Positions 46,302-57,005 are shown, counted from the stretch's first letter. The stretch is 64,000 nt of DNA from an uncultured Rikenellaceae bacterium (GCA_963802145.1 CAWDHN010000009.1:33936-97935), one strand, 5' to 3'. The notes: generated by a model from the sequence alone, not told the origin. Numbers and translations are program-made.

Positions 46302-47162
46302 TTACTTCACGTTCATGGCTGCAAGCATGTTGCCATACACATTGTTCAGTGAGCTGAGGTTTTCATTCAGTTTGGCAACCTGTTCACGGTATTTTTTGGT
46401 GTCGTCAGCAGATCCGGTAAGGTCTTTCATCAGGCCTTCCATTCCCTTGTAAATCACTTCAGTGCTTTTTACATGGTCGCTGGTTCCTCTCAGCTGAAGC
46501 TCATAGGCAGCATTGAGTGCCGAGAGGTTCTTGTTGAGAGACTCGAGTTTTTCATGGTAACTCTTGCCGCCGGTTTCAATGGTCTTCGATGTTTCACCGA
46601 GGGTCTGGTAGACCGGGTTGGAGTCAGTCATTGATCTTGCGGTCTGTCTGGCAGACTCGGAGAGGCTCATGAGAGACTCATTTGCCTTCCTGATGGTGCT
46701 GGTATACTCATTGGTAGTGGCAGCCAGGTCGCCCATGGCATTGAAGTTGGCGGTTGTCTCCGTGAGCTTCTTCAGTCCCGAGCTCAGTCTGTCAAAGACA
46801 TCGGGTGTGATTCCCGCATCGGCAAGCATCTTATCGAACTGTGAAAGTCCTGCGCCACCTCCGCCGCCGTAGCCGCCGCCACCGCCGCCAACAGCTGCAA
46901 AGCCAATCTCCTCACCGGAGTAATTGGGGTCAAGCTGAGGGTAGACCAGTTTCCAGTCTGGTTCCTCCTTCAACGGCTCAAAGGCAGAGAAGAAGAAAAT
47001 GATTGCCTCTGTGATGAGACCGAGAGAGAGCAGCAGACCTGCGTAGGGGTAGTGCTGGATCTTAAAGAGAGCACCGATGATTACGACCGAGGCACCCCAG
47101 CCGTACAGTTTGGACATGAAAGCTTTCCACTTACTGGTATGAACAAATTCCGAAAGGCCCAT
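46302..47162 (-). CDS. gldL: Gliding motility / T9SS protein GldL (PorL)
   Basis: YGWGASVVIIGALFKIQHYPYAG two-TM N-terminus. Gly-rich linker. The start may be the internal Met 15 codons downstream. Confidence 0.85.
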   Translation of the reverse strand: MGLSEFVHTSKWKAFMSKLYGWGASVVIIGALFKIQHYPYAGLLLSLGLITEAIIFFFSAFEPLKEEPDWKLVYPQLDPNYSGEEIGFAAVGGGGGGYGGGGGAGLSQFDKMLADAGITPDVFDRLSSGLKKLTETTANFNAMGDLAATTNEYTSTIRKANESLMSLSESARQTARSMTDSNPVYQTLGETSKTIETGGKSYHEKLESLNKNLSALNAAYELQLRGTSDHVKSTEVIYKGMEGLMKDLTGSADDTKKYREQVAKLNENLSSLNNVYGNMLAAMNVK

Positions 47163-47189
47163 TATATTAAAGTTTTAGGTTAAACAGTA

Positions 47190-48524
47190 TTAGTTATTGA
47201 CTCCTATATAAGTTCTCACATTGCGGAACCCGACAAATGACTTTGTTGAGTCCTGGTATTCATAATCCCTTGATGAAGTCTGCATAAAATATGCAATATC
47301 CTTCCATGAGCCTCCTCTGATGACTTTGCGCTTGAGCACCGGGGGATCCTCGGGACGTGCGTTGTATTCATAGTCGGGGTTCAGGTCATGGGTGAAGACA
47401 TATGCTGACGGGTGGTAGGCGCACGAGGTCCACTCGGCCACGTTGCCGGCCATGTCAAACAGTCCGTATTCATTTGGTTCGAACGAAGCAACCTTAATGG
47501 TATAGACGGCTCCGTCGTCGATGTAGTTACCGCGCAGGGGTTTGAAGTTTGCGAGGAAGCAGCCCTGGTAGTTGCGGGTGTAGGGGCCGCCCCATGGATA
47601 CATGGAGAGGTCAAGTCCGCCGCGTGCGGCATATTCCCATTCAGTCTCCAGCGGGAGACGGTAGTTATGCACATCGGCTATACCCTGGGCACGCAGATGT
47701 TCATTCATGAAGTTGGTACGCCATACGCTGAAGGCGCGGGCCTGTACCCATGACACTCCCACAACGGGATAGTCATCATAACCCGGATGCCAGAAATAGA
47801 GTGTGGCCCAGGGCTCATTGAATGAATAGGTGAAGTCCCTGATCCATGCAAGGGTGTCAGGATAGATATTGACTACATGGTGCATGATGAACGATGAGCG
47901 GTCTTTAACCTCGGTGGTGTTACCCTCAAGGTCAGTGACGGTACCTTCGTACTTCTGATCCTTATAATTATACTTTGCCTTCGCTGCCTGCTTGTAGTCT
48001 ACCCAGAAGTATGAGTAATTGAGAAGCCGGGTGTCCCACTGCTTGTTGGCATTAAATCTCTCTTCGGGAGGATAGTACATGGTTTCAAGGACGGGAAGCA
48101 CATTCTCATCTTCCCAGTCGATCTCTTCGTCCCAGTTAAGGACATTGGGCTCAAGGACATTGCCCTCCTCATCGGTTCTGAAGAATTCGTAGCCCTCAAT
48201 GCCTTCCTCCCCCAGTCTTGTTCTCAGGATGGAGTCACGCACCCAGTAGGTAAACTGACGGTATTTGTTGTTGGTGATCTCTGTCTGGTCCATCCAGAAG
48301 GCTTCTACCGTGACTGTCTTGGAGAGGCTGTTCATGGCACGCAGAGGATCCTGATCACTTGGGCCCATAAGGTATGAACCCGCAGGGATAAACGCCATCT
48401 CAAACGGCTCCGGCTCATAGAATTTCTTCCTTCCCTGGACGCCTGTCAACTCGCCTGAGTCGTAAGAAGAGCAGCTGCCCAAAATAAAGATCAGTGTAAG
48501 AGCTAAAAGGGTTACCTTTTTCAT
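47190..48524 (-). CDS. gldK: Gliding motility / T9SS lipoprotein GldK (PorK), FGE-sulfatase-like fold
   Basis: Lipobox from the Met at 48524 (LGSCSS). RGGSW and FGFR-type C-terminal motifs. Confidence 0.88.
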   Translation of the reverse strand: MKKVTLLALTLIFILGSCSSYDSGELTGVQGRKKFYEPEPFEMAFIPAGSYLMGPSDQDPLRAMNSLSKTVTVEAFWMDQTEITNNKYRQFTYWVRDSILRTRLGEEGIEGYEFFRTDEEGNVLEPNVLNWDEEIDWEDENVLPVLETMYYPPEERFNANKQWDTRLLNYSYFWVDYKQAAKAKYNYKDQKYEGTVTDLEGNTTEVKDRSSFIMHHVVNIYPDTLAWIRDFTYSFNEPWATLYFWHPGYDDYPVVGVSWVQARAFSVWRTNFMNEHLRAQGIADVHNYRLPLETEWEYAARGGLDLSMYPWGGPYTRNYQGCFLANFKPLRGNYIDDGAVYTIKVASFEPNEYGLFDMAGNVAEWTSCAYHPSAYVFTHDLNPDYEYNARPEDPPVLKRKVIRGGSWKDIAYFMQTSSRDYEYQDSTKSFVGFRNVRTYIGVNN

Positions 48525-48666
48525 GTGTAAATAATTTTTATTTTTAAGCTCACATGGAACCCGCATGCCTGGGTAGTTGTTTTCATTATTATTTGTATCG
48601 GAAAAACATGTGGGTTTCATATACTCATAAATTTAAGAATGCAATAAATTAAATCTCTCCTGTCTC

Positions 48667-49611
48667 CTATAGGAAACGAATGCTTTTATATTTAGTGACG
48701 CTCTTTCCCAGGCCGAGGTCAAAACTGTATGAAACAACGAATTCGTGAGAGCCGCTGGTTCCTTTTCTGATCTCCGATATCGGGAAGTCATATCCATATC
48801 CAATCTTTAGACCGTTATACAATTCTACTCCTGCAAAACCTGTGATTGCGTCACTTATCCTGTAAGAAACGCCACCCCATATCTTTTTATTGTATCTAAC
48901 CATGGCAGTTGCTAAATATTGTGTTGCAGCGCCGTCATTAACAATAAAAACAGAAGGTATAAGCTCAAGTGAGGGATTGGGAAGCTGGAAATAGTAACCG
49001 GCTGTCAGGTAATATTGCCGGCTGACATAAGTAGCTGTCTCTGAATATTTTATTTCTGGCTGGTTCAGGTGGGTTACCGAGAAGCCCGCGTAATAGTTGA
49101 GTCCCTGGTAATAGACGCCGGCAGAAATGTCGAGGGCAACGAAAGATTCATCATTTTCCGGGATAAGAGGGTCGCCGGAGGGTGGTGTATGTGTTGGCCC
49201 CGAGGGGATGAACCACTCTGGGGCGAGTGCCTTGTTCAGCATGCCGGCGCTGATTCCGGCGCCGAGGGTTCCGCTTCCTAAAGTGAGGAGGTACGAATAG
49301 CATAGGCTTAAGTCGATGTCATTGCTAAAGCCGTACTGGTCGGATTCGACCAGAAGCCCCGCACCGCTTCTCAGGCCAAAGAGGCTGAAGGGAGCGTTGA
49401 CGTTGAAAATCATGGTGGATGGCGCACCGGGAAACCCAACCCACTGCTGCCGGGTCATGGCCGTGGCAGTGATCATTCCGGTCATTCCTGCATACCCGGG
49501 GTTGTAGGTCTGGGTATTGAACATGTAGTGACTCAACACGGGGTCCTGTTGACCAAATACCACGTATGCCGGGATGATTAATGCGAAGATGACTGTCCTG
49601 ACTTTCTTCAT
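48667..49611 (-). CDS. PorP/SprF family type IX secretion system membrane protein
   Basis: QQDPVLSHYMFNTQTYNPGYAG N-terminus. Sits directly upstream of gldK. Confidence 0.85.
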   Translation of the reverse strand: MKKVRTVIFALIIPAYVVFGQQDPVLSHYMFNTQTYNPGYAGMTGMITATAMTRQQWVGFPGAPSTMIFNVNAPFSLFGLRSGAGLLVESDQYGFSNDIDLSLCYSYLLTLGSGTLGAGISAGMLNKALAPEWFIPSGPTHTPPSGDPLIPENDESFVALDISAGVYYQGLNYYAGFSVTHLNQPEIKYSETATYVSRQYYLTAGYYFQLPNPSLELIPSVFIVNDGAATQYLATAMVRYNKKIWGGVSYRISDAITGFAGVELYNGLKIGYGYDFPISEIRKGTSGSHEFVVSYSFDLGLGKSVTKYKSIRFL

Positions 49612-49649
49612 GTTCAAGGAGCGCATGTACGCCCTTAAATATAACGATC

Positions 49650-49691
49650 AAAATAAATAAAAAATATGCAGTGCGCCAAATTGAGGCATAT
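49650..49691 (-). terminator. Possible weak terminator after the arginase-fold gene
   Basis: 6-bp stem ATATGC/GCATAT with a 16-nt loop, followed on the minus strand by TTTTTATTTATTTT. Confidence 0.3.
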
Positions 49692-49692
49692 T

Positions 49693-50862
49693 TTAGTGGC
49701 CGAACCTGAGCATGCCTCTTGTCCAGCGTCCCGGGACCTGGTCCCTGTTGGCCATAAGATAATCCTCATAGGAGCAGGCGAGGTAGTGTGGTTCACCTCC
49801 GGTGTCACGAATCTCTATCCACCAGCGTTCCGTGATCATGCTCTTGATGAAGATGGCTTCGCCCTCCAGGTCATTGAGTGTCACATGGTAACGGGTGAAA
49901 CGGTTATTCATCTGGTCACCCAGGTATGATATCTCATACTGTTTCTGGGAGAAGCCCTCAAGGAAGAACCATATTATCTGTGCTGCAAGATGGGAGGTCT
50001 GCGAGCGGTTGTCAGACACGGGGTTGACCTCCATGACTGACATTATCTTCAGGTTATCGGAGAGCCCGGCATACCTGGCAAGCAGGCAGATCTCCTCTCC
50101 GTAGAAGCCATTGGCGGAGGGGAGGAAGGTGCCGGGGGCATCAGACTGGCGTACCGAGCCTATATCAAAGACCGCTGCGGTGGCATCACGGAAGAGAGGT
50201 TCAGTCTCATGCACTGCGGCGCGTACCTCACCTATCCTCATCATGTCATAGTGCCTCCGGTTGAACCGGTTCACCACTTGCTGATCAGTGAGATAGGTCT
50301 GGTGACCGATGGCAGACAGGTGTGACAGGTAACTGCCGCTGCGGTAGATCAGGTCATTCATCCAGTTAAGTGAGTCTCCCGCTCTCTTCTCTGCGGTGAA
50401 GTCGAGCCGCGAATCTACCGATACCAGCGACCAGTCCTGCTTCAGTGAAGAGAGACAACGGTCTATGGCCGGCATCAGCGCGCTGGTGCCTCCGATGATC
50501 ACCGGAACGATATCCTGCGCCAGCAGCTGGATGAGCACGTCACGCAGTCCGGCCAGGGTGTCTTCAAACGAGGTGCCGGGCTTGAGGTTCCCCAGGTCGG
50601 TGATCTTCATTTTCCCCGGCAGGCGCGAGAAGGAGTAGAGGCTCCTGCGGATGGTGTCAGGTGCATGTGCCGCCCCCTTGTTCAATGACGAGCGGTCATC
50701 TGGCACACCAATGATCGCAACAGCATAGGCGCTGAGGTCTTCAATGGGAGCATTGCCGGTGTTGACCGCCACGTTATGTGAGAAGGCAGCCGATCCTCTC
50801 AGCGGCTCCGCCTCAGGCTTGTCAAGACATACAGGATCAAAATACTGGTTCAGGTCTATCAT
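49693..50862 (-). CDS. Arginase / formimidoylglutamase-fold protein with degenerate metal-site motifs
   Basis: IIGVPDD..NKGAAHAPDTIR and EVNP..D...T..LAAQIIWFFLEG fit the fold. GGDHS, DAHxD and DxDxxDP equivalents read GGTSA, DSRLD and DIGSVRQSDAPG. Confidence 0.6.
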   Translation of the reverse strand: MIDLNQYFDPVCLDKPEAEPLRGSAAFSHNVAVNTGNAPIEDLSAYAVAIIGVPDDRSSLNKGAAHAPDTIRRSLYSFSRLPGKMKITDLGNLKPGTSFEDTLAGLRDVLIQLLAQDIVPVIIGGTSALMPAIDRCLSSLKQDWSLVSVDSRLDFTAEKRAGDSLNWMNDLIYRSGSYLSHLSAIGHQTYLTDQQVVNRFNRRHYDMMRIGEVRAAVHETEPLFRDATAAVFDIGSVRQSDAPGTFLPSANGFYGEEICLLARYAGLSDNLKIMSVMEVNPVSDNRSQTSHLAAQIIWFFLEGFSQKQYEISYLGDQMNNRFTRYHVTLNDLEGEAIFIKSMITERWWIEIRDTGGEPHYLACSYEDYLMANRDQVPGRWTRGMLRFGH

Positions 50863-50875
50863 ATTATATATAAGG

Positions 50876-53194
50876 TCACTTCTTCTTACCGCCCCTGGCG
50901 CTTTTCGTTTTGCTTCCCTTCTCAATTATTGCCAGGCACTCCTCCCTTGTCAGCTTCTGGGGATCGTTGCCTTTCGGGATACGGTAGTTGGTCTTCTCGT
51001 GCACAATGTAGGGGCCGTACCTTCCGTTCAGTACCCTGATGTCACCGAACTCGCTGATCACCTTCTGTTTGTCTCCCTCTCGCTTTTCCCTGATCAGTTC
51101 AGCTGCCCTCTCTTCCGTGATTGTATACGGATCATCAACTCCCTTCTTCAGGGAGTAGAACTTGCCGTCGTGTTTCACATATGGCCCGAACTTGCCCAGT
51201 CCGACGGTCATCTCGCTCTCCTCAAAGGTACCGACGACCCTTGGCAGTGCAAAGAGAGCCATGGCTTCGTCAAGCGTTATTGTCTCAAGAAGCTGGTCGC
51301 GCCTGAGGTTTGCAAAACGGGGTTTGGTCTCCTCAGAGGCTTCACCCAGCTGCACCACGGGGCCGAACCGGCTCATCTTAACCACCACCGGCAATCCTGT
51401 CACCGGATCATTGCCGAGCTGGCGCGTTCCGGTCATTCGTGCCTTGTTGGAGAGGGACTCGTCGACCGTCTTGTGAAACGGGCGGTAGAAACCTGATATC
51501 ATCCTGTCCCACTCAAGCTCACCGGAGGCTATCTCATCGAACTCCTTCTCCACCCCGGCGGTGAAGTTGTAGTCGAGGATGTCAGGGAAGTTAGCGATGA
51601 GGAAGTCGTTGACGATCATCCCAATGTCCCTGGGGAAGAGTTTAGACTTTTCCTTTCCGGCTATCTCAGTCTTTTCACTCCTGGTTATCTTCCCCCTGGA
51701 GAGGGTGAGTTGCGCAACAATCCGCTTCTCACCGGGCCTGTCTTCACGCGCAACATATCCGCGCGACTGGATGGTTGATATTGTTGGTGCGTAGGTTGAG
51801 GGCCTGCCTATGCCCAGCTCCTCGAGCTTCTTCACCAGGCTCGCCTCGGTGTAGCGCGGAGGGGGCGAGGTGAAACGCTGCATGGCGGTAATGGTTCCGG
51901 CAGTGAGCGGCATGCCTTTGTCAACACGCGGGAGAATGGATTTCTCATCCTCACCGGCGTTACTGTCATATGATTCGGTATAGACCTTCAGGAACCCGTC
52001 GAAGAGGATCACCTCACCTGTTGCCGTAAAGTTAAAGGGTGAGGCTGACATGCCGATGGTGATCGTTGTCTTCTCCATTTTGGCATCAGCCATCTGTGAG
52101 GCGATAGCCCTGCGCCAGATGAGCTCATAGAGCTTTTTCTCGTTAATGCTCCCCGTGGTATCTTTCCGGTCAAAATAGGTGGGCCTGATAGCTTCATGAG
52201 CCTCCTGTGCCCCCTTGGAACTGGTCTTGAACTGCCGTGTACGCGAGTACTGGGCGCCAAAATCCGTGGTGATCACCTCACGTGCGGTGTTGAGCGCCAG
52301 TGACGAGAGGTTTGTTGAGTCAGTCCTCATGTATGTGATCTTTCCTGCCTCGTAGAGCTTCTGCGCCACTGACATCGTCTGCGCCACCGAGAAGCCGAGC
52401 TTGCGGTAGGCTTCCTGCTGCAGGGTGGAGGTGGTGAAGGGCGGGGCCGGAGAGCGTGTGCCGGGTTTTACCACTACGTTCTCAACGGTGAAAGATGACC
52501 TGTCACAGATCTCGAGGAAATTTTTAGCCTCATCCTCCGTGCTGAATTTTTTAGGACACTCAGCCTTGAGCAGGACCTCTGAACCCTCCTTGTTCTGACC
52601 GCTGAATGAGCCGGTGACCCTGAATGCCGAGTCAGAGACAAAGCTGATAATCTCCCGCTCGCGGTCAACGAGCAGGCGTACTGCCACCGACTGCACCCTT
52701 CCTGCCGAGAGGGAGGGCTGCACCTTTTTCCAGAGCACGGGAGAGATCTCGAAACCCACCAGCCTGTCGAGTATGCGGCGCGCCTGCTGTGCGTTGACCA
52801 GGTTCATGTCTACCTGGCGGGGCGATTCCACCGCACTGTTTATGGCCTCCTTCGTTATCTCGTGAAACACGATGCGACGTGTGGAAGAGGGGTCAAGACC
52901 CAGTACGGAGATGAGATGCCATGCAATGGCCTCTCCCTCACGGTCCTCATCGGAGGCTATCCATACAGTCTTAGCCTCTGAAGCCAGCTTGCGAAGCTCG
53001 CTCACCACCTTCTTCTTATCTTCAGGCACCTCATAAACGGGATTGAAACCCTTGTCTACTTCGACCCCGAGACCCTTCTTTTCAAGATCACGGATATGCC
53101 CGAAGCTTGAGACAACGGTGAAATCCTTCCCGAGGAATTTTTCTATCGTTTTTGCTTTTGCAGGAGATTCAACTATAACGAGATTTTCTGTCAT
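50876..53194 (-). CDS. topA: DNA topoisomerase I
   Basis: LVIVESPAKAKTIEKFLG, the Toprim and catalytic Tyr region (ITYMRTDS), and a Lys-rich C-terminus. Confidence 0.95.
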   Translation of the reverse strand: MTENLVIVESPAKAKTIEKFLGKDFTVVSSFGHIRDLEKKGLGVEVDKGFNPVYEVPEDKKKVVSELRKLASEAKTVWIASDEDREGEAIAWHLISVLGLDPSSTRRIVFHEITKEAINSAVESPRQVDMNLVNAQQARRILDRLVGFEISPVLWKKVQPSLSAGRVQSVAVRLLVDREREIISFVSDSAFRVTGSFSGQNKEGSEVLLKAECPKKFSTEDEAKNFLEICDRSSFTVENVVVKPGTRSPAPPFTTSTLQQEAYRKLGFSVAQTMSVAQKLYEAGKITYMRTDSTNLSSLALNTAREVITTDFGAQYSRTRQFKTSSKGAQEAHEAIRPTYFDRKDTTGSINEKKLYELIWRRAIASQMADAKMEKTTITIGMSASPFNFTATGEVILFDGFLKVYTESYDSNAGEDEKSILPRVDKGMPLTAGTITAMQRFTSPPPRYTEASLVKKLEELGIGRPSTYAPTISTIQSRGYVAREDRPGEKRIVAQLTLSRGKITRSEKTEIAGKEKSKLFPRDIGMIVNDFLIANFPDILDYNFTAGVEKEFDEIASGELEWDRMISGFYRPFHKTVDESLSNKARMTGTRQLGNDPVTGLPVVVKMSRFGPVVQLGEASEETKPRFANLRRDQLLETITLDEAMALFALPRVVGTFEESEMTVGLGKFGPYVKHDGKFYSLKKGVDDPYTITEERAAELIREKREGDKQKVISEFGDIRVLNGRYGPYIVHEKTNYRIPKGNDPQKLTREECLAIIEKGSKTKSARGGKKK

Positions 53195-53306
53195 CAGACT
53201 TTTTTTAAAAACAGGGCAAAGTAAACGATTAACGGCACTAACTTCAAAATTATTGGAAAAGATTCTGTATAAATCATTAAATTAGCGCCCATATTATGAG
53301 GGTATC

Positions 53307-55652
53307 ATGAGGGATAAAAAATTCCGGAAAAACATTATATGGTTCTGGGTGATAATATCTCTGCCGGCGGTTTTTCTGCTGACACTGTTCATCCTTATTT
53401 CGGCCAACAAGCTGGGGCCCATCCCCTCGTTCGAGGAGCTGGAGAACCCCGCCAGCAATCTTGCCGCTGAAGTCTATTCTGAAGATAATGTCCTGCTGGG
53501 AAAATTTTACATTCAGAATCGCACATGGACTGATTATGAAGATATTTCCCCATATGTGGTGGATGCCCTGATAGCCACGGAGGATATCCGGTTCTACAGG
53601 CACTCGGGCATTGACTTCAGGGGATTGGCCAGGGTTCTGGTCAAGACCATTTTACTAGGACAGAACACCGGCGGCGGAAGCACCATCACGCAGCAGCTGG
53701 CGAAGAACCTGTTCCTTCCCAGGGATCTCTCGAATGACCCTGCCATAGTGCGTGGCGCAAAGCTTACGGTGACCAAGTTCAAGGAGTGGCAGACGGCTGT
53801 GAAGCTTGAGAAGAGCTATACGAAGGAAGAGATAATAACAATGTATCTGAATGTCTTCGACTTCATATATAATGCCGTTGGCATCAACTCTGCCGCCCGT
53901 ATTTATTTCAACACCACCCCCGACTCCCTGAACATCGAGCAGTCAGCCATGCTCGTCGGCATGCTCAAGAACTCCGTGGCATACAATCCGCTGCGGAATG
54001 AGGAGAGCGCTCTCAGGAGGCGCAATGTGGTGATCTCGCAGATGGAACGGTACGGATACCTGCAGCGCGACGTGGCGGACTCCGTGAAGATGCTGCCTCT
54101 GACGCTTGACCTGCGTGAGGACAGTCATATCACCGGTCTGGCAACCTATTTCCGGGAATATATCCGCACAACGATGAACAGCAGGGAGCCGGAGAGGAAC
54201 AACTTCTGGTCAGACGATCTTTATAATGAGGCTCTCTGGCGCTGGGATAATGACCCCTTGTACGGATGGTGCAGAAAGAACACCAAGCCTGACGGATCAG
54301 CCTATAACCTGTACCGCGACGGCCTGAGGATCTATACAACACTCAACTCAAAAATGCAGGCTTATGCCGAGGAGGCGGTCGTTCAGCACCTCTCGGTGAA
54401 TCTTCAGCCGGTATTCAATAAAAAGGCAAAGACCTACAGGAACCCTCCCTATTCGAATGACCTCAATGCTGGCCAGATAAAGCAGATTATGGACAGATCG
54501 GTGAGACAGAGCGACAGGTATCAGAGCATGAGGCGGGCAGGTATTCCTGAAGATTCCATCACCCTGGCCTTCAACACTCCCATCCCGATGAAGCTCTTTT
54601 CATGGGAGGGAGAGAGGGACACACTGATGACGCCGCTCGATTCAATCAGGTATTACAAGTTCTTTGTGAGGTCGTCATTCATGGCGATGGATCCGCATAC
54701 CGGTCATGTAAAGGCATATGTTGGCGGACCCGACTTCAGGTACTTCAAGTACGACGCCGTAACGCAGCAGAAGAAGCAGGTGGGTTCAACCATAAAGCCG
54801 TTCCTTTACACCCTGGCCATGCAGGACGGATATTCGCCGTGTTATGAGGTTGAGAACATAGCACGTTCGTTCGACCTTCCGGGTGATACTGTACCATGGA
54901 TCCCGAGGAGCTCGGGCCCGGAGGAGTATCACGGCAAGATGGTGACACTCAAGTGGGGGCTTGCACAGTCGGAAAACTACATATCGGCATGGCTGATGAA
55001 GCAGTTTTCGCCCCAGACTGTAGTTGACCTGATGCACCGGATGGGAATAAGGAGCTTTATTGATCCGGTATACTCAATATTCCTGGGCACCTCCGACCTC
55101 TCTCTCGAGGAGATGGTGGCAGCGTACGGTACCTTTACAAACAAGGGTGTTCATACACGTCCGCTCTACGTGACACGCATCGAAGACCGCAACGGCAATG
55201 TGATCTCCACCTTCACCCCCTTCATCGACGAGGTGATCAGCGAGGATGATGCCTATCTCATGACCGCTCTTCTCCAGGGGGTTGTAAACACAGGTACAGG
55301 ACTGAGACTCCGTGGGACCTACAAGCTCACCAACCAGATGGGTGGCAAGACGGGTACCACGCAGAACCACTCCAACGGGTGGTATATGGGCGTCATGCCT
55401 GACCTGGTGGCGGGGGTATGGACAGGATGGGAGGATCAGGCCATTCATTTTGAGGATCTCTCCCTGGGGCAGGGTTCCAATATGGCGCTTCCGGTCTTCG
55501 GACTGTTCCTTCAGAAGCTCTTTGCCGACAGCGAGTTTGCCCCTCTGGCAGGGTCGCAGTTCGAGGCTCCAGCCAACTTCAATGTGGAGCTTGACTGTGA
55601 CAATGTGAAGAGCCAGCAGAAAGTCAGCCCCTACAGGCAGCGGGAGTACTGA
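53307..55652 (+). CDS. Class A penicillin-binding protein (PBP1A-type transglycosylase/transpeptidase)
   Basis: ATEDIRFYRHSGID, GGSTITQQLAKN, STIKP, KTGTT. Confidence 0.9.
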   Translation: MRDKKFRKNIIWFWVIISLPAVFLLTLFILISANKLGPIPSFEELENPASNLAAEVYSEDNVLLGKFYIQNRTWTDYEDISPYVVDALIATEDIRFYRHSGIDFRGLARVLVKTILLGQNTGGGSTITQQLAKNLFLPRDLSNDPAIVRGAKLTVTKFKEWQTAVKLEKSYTKEEIITMYLNVFDFIYNAVGINSAARIYFNTTPDSLNIEQSAMLVGMLKNSVAYNPLRNEESALRRRNVVISQMERYGYLQRDVADSVKMLPLTLDLREDSHITGLATYFREYIRTTMNSREPERNNFWSDDLYNEALWRWDNDPLYGWCRKNTKPDGSAYNLYRDGLRIYTTLNSKMQAYAEEAVVQHLSVNLQPVFNKKAKTYRNPPYSNDLNAGQIKQIMDRSVRQSDRYQSMRRAGIPEDSITLAFNTPIPMKLFSWEGERDTLMTPLDSIRYYKFFVRSSFMAMDPHTGHVKAYVGGPDFRYFKYDAVTQQKKQVGSTIKPFLYTLAMQDGYSPCYEVENIARSFDLPGDTVPWIPRSSGPEEYHGKMVTLKWGLAQSENYISAWLMKQFSPQTVVDLMHRMGIRSFIDPVYSIFLGTSDLSLEEMVAAYGTFTNKGVHTRPLYVTRIEDRNGNVISTFTPFIDEVISEDDAYLMTALLQGVVNTGTGLRLRGTYKLTNQMGGKTGTTQNHSNGWYMGVMPDLVAGVWTGWEDQAIHFEDLSLGQGSNMALPVFGLFLQKLFADSEFAPLAGSQFEAPANFNVELDCDNVKSQQKVSPYRQREY

Positions 55653-57005
55653 TCAGGAGAAGAGGAGTCTGACGAGCCCTTCCACTTTGTATACCTTAGA
55701 TATATTGATTCCGGGCTGTTCCCTGATGCTCCTGTGATATCCCGAAACCACTATCTGTTCAAAACCCATCCTGGAGGCCTCCATGATGCGCTGTTCCAGT
55801 CTTGCAACAGGCCTTATCTCGCCTGACAGTCCCACCTCACCGGCGAAGGTAGTATGCTGGTCTACGGGCGCATCGAGGTTTGACGACAGCACCGCGCTCA
55901 CAACCGCCAGGTCAATGGCAGGGTCATTGACTTTCAGTCCTCCGGCAATATTCAGGAATACATCCTTTACTCCAAGCCGGAATCCGGCTCTCTTTTCAAG
56001 CACAGCCAGGAGCATGTTCAGTCTTCGGGTGTCAAACCCCGTGGAGCTTCTCTGCGGGGTGCCGTAGACGGCGCTGCTCACCAGCGCCTGTGTCTCTATC
56101 ATGAAGGGCCGCAGTCCGTCTACCGTGGCAGCAATGCTTACCCCGCTGGCCGGGTCACGGTCGCGGCGGATGAAGAGCTCCGACGGGTCTGTCACCTCGC
56201 GCAGGCCGTTGGAGGCCATCTCGAAGATGCCTATCTCTGCCGTTGACCCGAAGCGGTTCTTGACAGGCCTGAGGATACGGAACACGTAGTTACCGTCGCC
56301 CTCGAACTGGAGGACAACATCGACAATATGCTCAAGCACCTTCGGGCCGGCCAGCGAACCGTCTTTTGTGATATGGCCGATGAGTATCACCGGCACGCCC
56401 GACTCCTTGGCATAGCGGAGCATCATGGCGGCGCATTCCCTGACCTGCGATACCGATCCGGCAGAAGATTCAAGCACTGAGGAGCTGAGAGTCTGAATCG
56501 AGTCTATTATCAGCAGTTCAGGGTTTATCGCTCCTGCCTGGGCAATGACGCTCTCAAGCTCAGTCTCGTTGTATATGAAACAGCTGTCATTCCTTCCTTC
56601 CAGTCTCTTTGCCCGCAGCTTGACCTGTCCTTCGCTCTCTTCACCGGAGACGTACAGCACTTTTCTGCCGGAGCTGGCAAGGGCTATCTGCAGGGCGAGG
56701 GTTGATTTGCCTATGCCGGGCTCGCCACCCATCAGTATCAGTGACCCCTTCACCATCCCACCTCCCAGGATTCGGTCTGCCTCGCCTATCCCGGTCGAAA
56801 TGCGGTCATTCTCGTTCACCTCAATCCCCGAGAGCAGCTCGGGCTTCCTCCTGGGGGCATCTTTAACCATGCCTGGGGAGGATGAAAGGGTGATCAGCTC
56901 CTCACGGTAGGTGTTCCACTCCTTGCATGCCGGACAGTGGCCTATCCATTTGGATGATTCGGCGCCGCAGTTCTGGCACACGTATACAGTCTTGTTTTTT
57001 GCCAT
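55653..57005 (-). CDS. radA: DNA repair protein RadA/Sms
   Basis: CQNCGAESSKWIGHCPAC zinc finger, GEPGIGKSTL, KNRFG, and a Lon-like C-terminal domain. Confidence 0.93.
   Translation of the reverse strand: MAKNKTVYVCQNCGAESSKWIGHCPACKEWNTYREELITLSSSPGMVKDAPRRKPELLSGIEVNENDRISTGIGEADRILGGGMVKGSLILMGGEPGIGKSTLALQIALASSGRKVLYVSGEESEGQVKLRAKRLEGRNDSCFIYNETELESVIAQAGAINPELLIIDSIQTLSSSVLESSAGSVSQVRECAAMMLRYAKESGVPVILIGHITKDGSLAGPKVLEHIVDVVLQFEGDGNYVFRILRPVKNRFGSTAEIGIFEMASNGLREVTDPSELFIRRDRDPASGVSIAATVDGLRPFMIETQALVSSAVYGTPQRSSTGFDTRRLNMLLAVLEKRAGFRLGVKDVFLNIAGGLKVNDPAIDLAVVSAVLSSNLDAPVDQHTTFAGEVGLSGEIRPVARLEQRIMEASRMGFEQIVVSGYHRSIREQPGINISKVYKVEGLVRLLFS

Noticed and set aside
48556-48570. Sigma-54-like element upstream of gldK. 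The minus strand reads AGGCATG-CGGG-TTCC, against the consensus TGGCACG-N4-TTGC.
   Set aside because: The critical -12 GC dinucleotide reads CC and the -24 element is also imperfect. A single near-match by eye is not evidence.
55650-55655. Back-to-back stop codons of the PBP1A-type gene and radA with zero spacer (TGA then TCA).
   Set aside because: It is a real observation, but a common compact arrangement. No structure or motif is associated with it.
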